Part shown: positions 16,421 to 18,719 of the stretch, piece by piece
How the letters are laid out: every line of letters begins with the position of its first letter
Position numbering within the stretch: the stretch's first letter is position 1
NCBI GenBank assembly: GCA_001600695.1
Contig: BCKQ01000006.1
Location: 680,982 to 699,700 of the forward strand
DNA: 18,719 nucleotides
Reading direction: 5' to 3'
DNA from: Ascoidea asiatica JCM 7603
Taxonomy: Eukaryota > Fungi > Ascomycota
Position numbers and translations under genes: made by a program
Notes under the pieces: generated by a model
What the model saw: only the letters and a program-made list of their open reading frames with translations
The model's database searches: none
Told to the model about the DNA's origin: nothing

Positions 16421-18397
16421 TTAAATTTCATAAAATTTTGATAATTTTTCATTATCAATTATATAATCATCATCATTTTTTTTATTAATTTTTTTAATTA
16501 TACCATTCTCAATATATTTCTCAAATAAATCTTTTGAAATCCATCCATTACTATTAAAAAATGGATTATTATTAATTTCTTCATTATATTTAATAAATTC
16601 TTTAAAATTATAATTAATTTCTTCATTTGTAAAAAAAATTGGACATTTAATATCTTTAATTAAATTTTGTTTTCTATAAATTTCCCAACTTTCTATAATT
16701 CTAATTAAATAATATTCAATAATTATAATATCTTTAAAATTTTTAAAATTATTTAATTTATTTATTGGATTTTTTAAAAATTTTAAAATTGGTGATGCAT
16801 AATTTATTAATTTATTATTTAATTTATTTATTTTATTTTCATAAATAAATTGATTTCTTGTTCTTTTATAAATTGAAATTATTTGTTTTTTCTCAATTTC
16901 TTTAATATTTTTAGAATTTAAATATAAATTTAATTCTTCTTTATTAAATATTTTTAATCCATTATCATATCTTATAAATTCAGGATTATTATTAAATAAA
17001 AATGGTTTAATACAAATATCTTCAAAATCAAAAAAATATGGAATTTTTTTACCTTTAATTTCTTTAATTATCACATTCATTGGATTTATATCTCCATTAA
17101 TCATTCTTGGTTCCATTAATAAATTAATATTTGGAATTTTTATAATTTCATTATTATTTTCATTATTATTTTCATTATTATTAAATAAATATTTTGAAAT
17201 TATTTTTAATTTTTCTAAAACTTCAATACTATGTTTTAAAAAATTTTCATCTTCAATACTTGTATTTGATTTAATTAATTGAATTTTATTTCTAATATTC
17301 TCAATTTCAATATCACAACTATCAATAATAATTAAATTTGAATTTTTTTTATCCCAAGGTCCAGAATATTTCTTATAAATTTCATTTGAAATAAATTTTT
17401 TATTTCTTAAAAAATGTCTTTCAATACTTGAACCAATTCTCCATCTATTTTTAAGATAATTTTTTATTTCTCCATTATATGGTTCACCTTTATTTTGTAA
17501 ATTTATTTCAACATCTTTTTTAAAATATAATGAACCAAATTGATTAAAAATTATTGATGATAATTTCATTTGAAATTTACTTAAAATATTTAAAACTTCT
17601 TCAAAATTTTTTTTTTTCTCAATTTCTAAATCTTCAATATCTGGATACCATTTTTCCATTAAAAGTTTACCATCAATAAATTCCATTAAAATATATGGAG
17701 TTCTTAATGGATTTAATTCTGATATTCCATAACTTAAAACTCTTGGAACATTTAAACCTAATTTTAATTTTGCAAAATCTAATGTTGCAACTTCACTTGA
17801 AATATTTAATAATGATTTATTATAAAGATTATATGGAATTCTTAAAATTAATGATTTTCCAGTTGTTAAAAAAATTTGATAAATTCTATGATGTTTACCT
17901 TCATGTAAACTTGCAATAGTTTTTATTGAAAATTTTTCATTTAATTTTAATTCACCAATTAATTCTGGAATAATATTATTTGTTAAAGTTATAGTATTAT
18001 CTTGATTTAAAATTGGATCTTTTAAATTTTTTTCAATATCTTTAAAATTATTTTCAATTGATATTAAATATAAATCATTTAATAATTTATTTGCACCACT
18101 TAATGAAAATTTTGTTACTCTTTTTAATTTTTCTTCTTTATCATTTTTTAACCATGAACCCCAAGAATATTGAAAAAAAGATTCTCTATTAGGATCATTT
18201 TCATCATTTAATTCAGTATATTTTATATCTGATTTAAATTCTTTTATATTATTTGTTTCTTTAATTTCATTTGTAAAAGTTCTTGAAAAAATTGGTGAAG
18301 AAGAAGTTTTAATTGAAAATTTTGATAATTTTGAAGATCTCATTGAGATAATTCTTCTGTTCAAACCAGAAACAGATCTAATACTATTCTTAAACAT
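16421..18397 (-). CDS. AIM9: Mitochondrial APH/kinase-like protein Aim9 (Fmp29); 658 aa from the ATG at 18397
   Basis: Arg/Ser-rich acid-free presequence (MFKNSIRSVSGLNRR...), then DPNRESFFQYSWGSWL, IASLHEGKHHRIY, LRIPY, SEVATLDF, PYILMEFIDG, FGSLYF and RWRIG motifs. Confidence 0.93.
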   Translation of the reverse strand: MFKNSIRSVSGLNRRIISMRSSKLSKFSIKTSSSPIFSRTFTNEIKETNNIKEFKSDIKYTELNDENDPNRESFFQYSWGSWLKNDKEEKLKRVTKFSLSGANKLLNDLYLISIENNFKDIEKNLKDPILNQDNTITLTNNIIPELIGELKLNEKFSIKTIASLHEGKHHRIYQIFLTTGKSLILRIPYNLYNKSLLNISSEVATLDFAKLKLGLNVPRVLSYGISELNPLRTPYILMEFIDGKLLMEKWYPDIEDLEIEKKKNFEEVLNILSKFQMKLSSIIFNQFGSLYFKKDVEINLQNKGEPYNGEIKNYLKNRWRIGSSIERHFLRNKKFISNEIYKKYSGPWDKKNSNLIIIDSCDIEIENIRNKIQLIKSNTSIEDENFLKHSIEVLEKLKIISKYLFNNNENNNENNNEIIKIPNINLLMEPRMINGDINPMNVIIKEIKGKKIPYFFDFEDICIKPFLFNNNPEFIRYDNGLKIFNKEELNLYLNSKNIKEIEKKQIISIYKRTRNQFIYENKINKLNNKLINYASPILKFLKNPINKLNNFKNFKDIIIIEYYLIRIIESWEIYRKQNLIKDIKCPIFFTNEEINYNFKEFIKYNEEINNNPFFNSNGWISKDLFEKYIENGIIKKINKKNDDDYIIDNEKLSKFYEI

Positions 18398-18694
18398 TTT
18401 ACTTCTCTTTAGATTATAATGATTATATTCAATATTCAATAATATGAAATATTTAAAAAGAACTAATAAAATATATCTTTATTTATTTCTTTATTTATTT
18501 ATTTATTTATTTCATTTTCAACTGGCGAAATTCGTTTGAAATTTTCAAAAAATCCTCAACGGGCCGAAATCGCTTTTTGAATGAATTTCATTGACTGAAA
18601 GAAATAAAGATGAAAATGGTTGCAATTAACAATGAATATTTGATTTTTTTATTATAATACACAGAAAATATACATTTTTTAACAAAATCTACAG

Positions 18695-18719
18695 AAAAAA
18701 AAAAAAAAAAAAAAAAAAA
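18695..18719 (+). repeat. Poly(A) tract at the window end
   Basis: Run of 25 A reaching the edge; either a promoter poly(dA:dT) tract or a contig end. Confidence 0.85.

Noticed and set aside
17695-17919. 74-aa + strand ORF within AIM9 (likewise 15184-15393 within TFB3)
   Set aside because: Antisense to well-supported genes, with no independent coding signal.

Overview
Very AT-rich budding-yeast (Saccharomycotina) nuclear DNA. Poly-Asn-laden ORFs, many microsatellites and a multi-intron gene suggest an intron-rich lineage such as Ascoidea (inference only). Gene order: partial unknown CDS (-), BDH1-like 2,3-butanediol dehydrogenase (-), a GC-rich non-coding island, CCS1 (-), ARP9 (+), a six-exon SPO22/ZIP4 (-, split into several ORFs in the track), an Asn-rich orphan ORF (-), TFB3/MAT1 (-) and AIM9 (-). 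The main result is the island at about 3170-3990, which folds by eye as a large + strand structured RNA. It has paired 5'/3' ends, two cUUCGg tetraloops, a CA-rich segment with terminal direct repeats resembling a yeast telomere template, an H-type pseudoknot with a U-rich loop and a downstream three-way junction. It is therefore a candidate telomerase RNA gene (TER1/TLC1). Second, SPO22 has weak splice donors flanked by Mer1-enhancer-like motifs and an out-of-frame consensus decoy donor. URS1-like and MSE motifs also suggest the orphan ORF is a meiotic gene. All folds and splice models were derived by hand, without computation or database searches.
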